37,017 nt of DNA, taken from Octopus bimaculoides. Taxonomy: Eukaryota. This document shows, one piece after another, positions 34,637 through 37,017 of the stretch (within the stretch, counting starts at the first letter, position 1; every line of letters starts with the position of its first letter). The DNA lies in contig NC_068981.1 of assembly GCF_001194135.2 (NCBI RefSeq), forward strand, positions 106,078,022 to 106,115,038, given 5' to 3'. The notes below the pieces were generated by a model, which saw only the letters and a list, made by a program, of their open reading frames with translations, did no database searches and had not been told where the DNA came from. The translations under genes were made by a program, and so were the position numbers.

Positions 34637-35104
34637 TTATTATTATTATTATTATTATTATTGAGCCAGTAGGCTGGCAGACTTGTTAGCATGCCAGACA
34701 AAATGTTTAACAGGTCCATATTTTTCATAATAGACTCAGTGGAGAGAAGTTTCATATTGGATATGGGAAACAGACGCTAGAACTGCTCTGTATATCGTAA
34801 CCACTGACATTTCAAACATTCTGTTCTAAACTACAATACAAACAGTACCAGCAAAAGTAGCAGCAATGATAACAATAGTAGCTGTCTGGAGATGTTCTGA
34901 CTTTCATATGATGTCAGAAGGAAAGAAGAATTCAAAGAAAGGAGCAAACCAAATAGTCTATTTGGAAATAACATTGAGGACACATAATCTACTTGAAGGT
35001 CTGTCAGGCAAAGTAACATTGGATTCAGAAGCATGGCATTTTATGCTTGGTACAAATCCATCTAAAGCATACAAATATGATAAAACAAACCTTAAGACAA
35101 TGGT

Positions 35105-35400
35105 GCTAGTGGTGATGGCAGTGGCAGTGGTGGTGGTGGTGGTGGTGGTGATGGCAGNNNNNNNNNNGCAGTGGCAGTGGTGGTGGTGGTGGTGGTGGTG
35201 GTAGTGGTGGTGGTGGTGGTGGTGATGGTGGTGGCGGTGATGGTGGTGGCAGTGGTGGTGGTGACAGCAGTAGTGGTGGGGAAGATGGCAGTGATGTTGT
35301 TGCAGCGGTGATGGTGGTGGTGCTACTCATGATGATGATGATGACAACGACGACCATGACGATGAGGAGGAGGAGCAGCAGATTTACAAAAAGGGCTAAA
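35105..35400. repeat. (GGT)n/(GAT)n/(GCA)n compound microsatellite with a 10-N gap at 35158-35167
   Basis: Direct repeats. Confidence 0.95.
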
Positions 35401-35744
35401 GCAGCAACAGTAGTAGAAGCAGCAACAGCAATAACAGCCATATTAAACGAAATGTCAACTGCAGTGACCAAATCATATACATACTTCTGTGTTAAATGAG
35501 TATGTTAGAATTGCAACTATAAACTTTAAGTTGAACTGTTTTCTTTGTCTGTCCCCACTTCTTTAAGGTCAAACCCATCTGGTTATTTACCATATTGTTT
35601 ACAACCTACAACTAACTGCTCAAAATATCAGGAAATGCAATTCTGAAATATTATTCAATGAATAACAAATGATCTTAACGTATAACATCTATTTTATCTT
35701 TTGTGAATTGTAAGTCAAAACCTGGTACAAGCTGAAGAACCAAA

Positions 35745-35791
<47 letters not shown>

Positions 35792-35795
<4 letters not shown>

Positions 35796-36931
35796 GTCAC
35801 CATTTCATATTTTTAATTTCATGCAAGCACATTGTTTGCCTTTGATTTTGTTGACTACACTGCATAGTAGGGTTAGTTGGGCACCATCTGTGAGAAAAAC
35901 AGCACCATGATGCAATTCACTCAGCCAGAAATTTGGAAACATGCTGTACTGCTTAGCATCCACACTGGAAGCTCCAATACAAGCATTTCAGAGTGTTTCG
36001 GTGTCAATCTGAGGATAATGCAGAGGTTTCAGAAAGAGTTGGATGAGTCTAATGGTGATTACGGAGGTACAGCAGCTCAGAAAACTCACTCTGATCATTC
36101 TGATAAGAAAGGAACTCCTGAATTTGTTGGTGAGATCCAGGCCATGATTGACAATGATCCCTCCAAGTCAATCAGGTTCATCACCAGGGACATGGGAGTG
36201 TCTGAGTTTCTTATCAGGCAGGTAGTGCATGAAGACATTAGGTATTCCTCATACAAGATGAGAAAAGGTCAATTTTTATCCCAAGCCATCAAGGACAACA
36301 GGAAAGACCACGCTACAAAAGTTTTGAACAAACTCAAGCATCCCCTCCAACCAAACATGCTTTGGTTTTTTTCAGATAAGAAAAAATTCTGCCAAAATCA
36401 GATAGTGAACACATAGAACAACCGTTGGCTTGCTGCATCCCCAAAACATGTACCGAGAGTGATAAAAATCAAATATCCAGTCAGCATCATGGTGTTTGGA
36501 ATGATTACTAGTGATGGTGATGCTATGCCTCCAGTCATCTTCCCACATAGCCTCAGACTCAACACAGAGGCTTACATCAAGGGCCTGGAGGAGGTAGTGC
36601 TGCCCTGGGTCAAGAGGATGACTGCTGGAAGACACTATGTCTGGTGACAGGACTCTGCATCATGCCACACAAGCAGGAGAACCCAGTCATGGCTGTCAGA
36701 CAATTTCTGAAACCACATCACCCCTAACATGTGGCCACCTAACTCTCCAGAATACAACCCCCCTTGATTATTATGTGTGGGGTGCAGATGAGTGAGACTA
36801 ACAAAACTCATTGTAACACCAAAGATGAACTGAAGTCAAGGACTCTGGCAGCATTCACCAACTTAAACCAGGAGACCAACCAAAAGAGTTGCAGAAGATT
36901 CCAAAGTCATCTGGAGGCTGTGGTTGAAGCC
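35792..36931 (+). mobile_element. Tc1/mariner DD37D (maT-like) transposon, 3'-truncated, pseudogenised
   Basis: ORF from ATG 35907; WFFSDKK, IMVFGMITSDG, YVW*QDSASCHT...WPPNSPEYNP(+1 shift)LDYYVW; 37 residues between the second and third D after correcting one extra C at about 36758-36763; starts cagggtc after (CA)n. Confidence 0.88.
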
Positions 36932-36934
36932 CGT

Positions 36935-36941
36935 CCCTCTA

Positions 36942-36974
<33 letters not shown>

Positions 36975-36977
36975 GTC

Positions 36978-37017
<40 letters not shown>
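36935..37017. repeat. (CT)n/(TA)n microsatellite
   Basis: Direct repeats. Confidence 0.97.

Overview
Eukaryotic, AT-rich, microsatellite-dense scaffold DNA with three N gaps. The SINE and RTE families look like octopus (coleoid cephalopod) repeats; this is recognition from memory, not a database match. I found no recognisable host gene, rRNA, tRNA gene or CRISPR array. The window is an intergenic or intronic transposon graveyard. It holds decayed RTE, L1/Tx1, CR1-like and Penelope-like retroelements; piggyBac, DD37E (TRT-like), DD37D (maT-like), hAT-MITE and Helentron/HINE-like DNA elements; and many tRNA-derived SINEs, several nested with target-site duplications. The standout signal is a complete, canonical type-I hammerhead ribozyme fold at 31651-31710 with a palindromic (dimer-type) stem III. 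A degenerate hammerhead-like motif lies at 12135-12169. Other notable structures are two long fold-back hairpins (3102-3258, 5679-5823), a C4HC3 PHD-type finger inside the RTE ORF, and a variable tandem array of an RTE 3'-UTR stem-loop. Most ORFs in the supplied track are microsatellite or transposon artefacts. Element boundaries without TSD/TIR evidence are approximate (about +/-20 nt).
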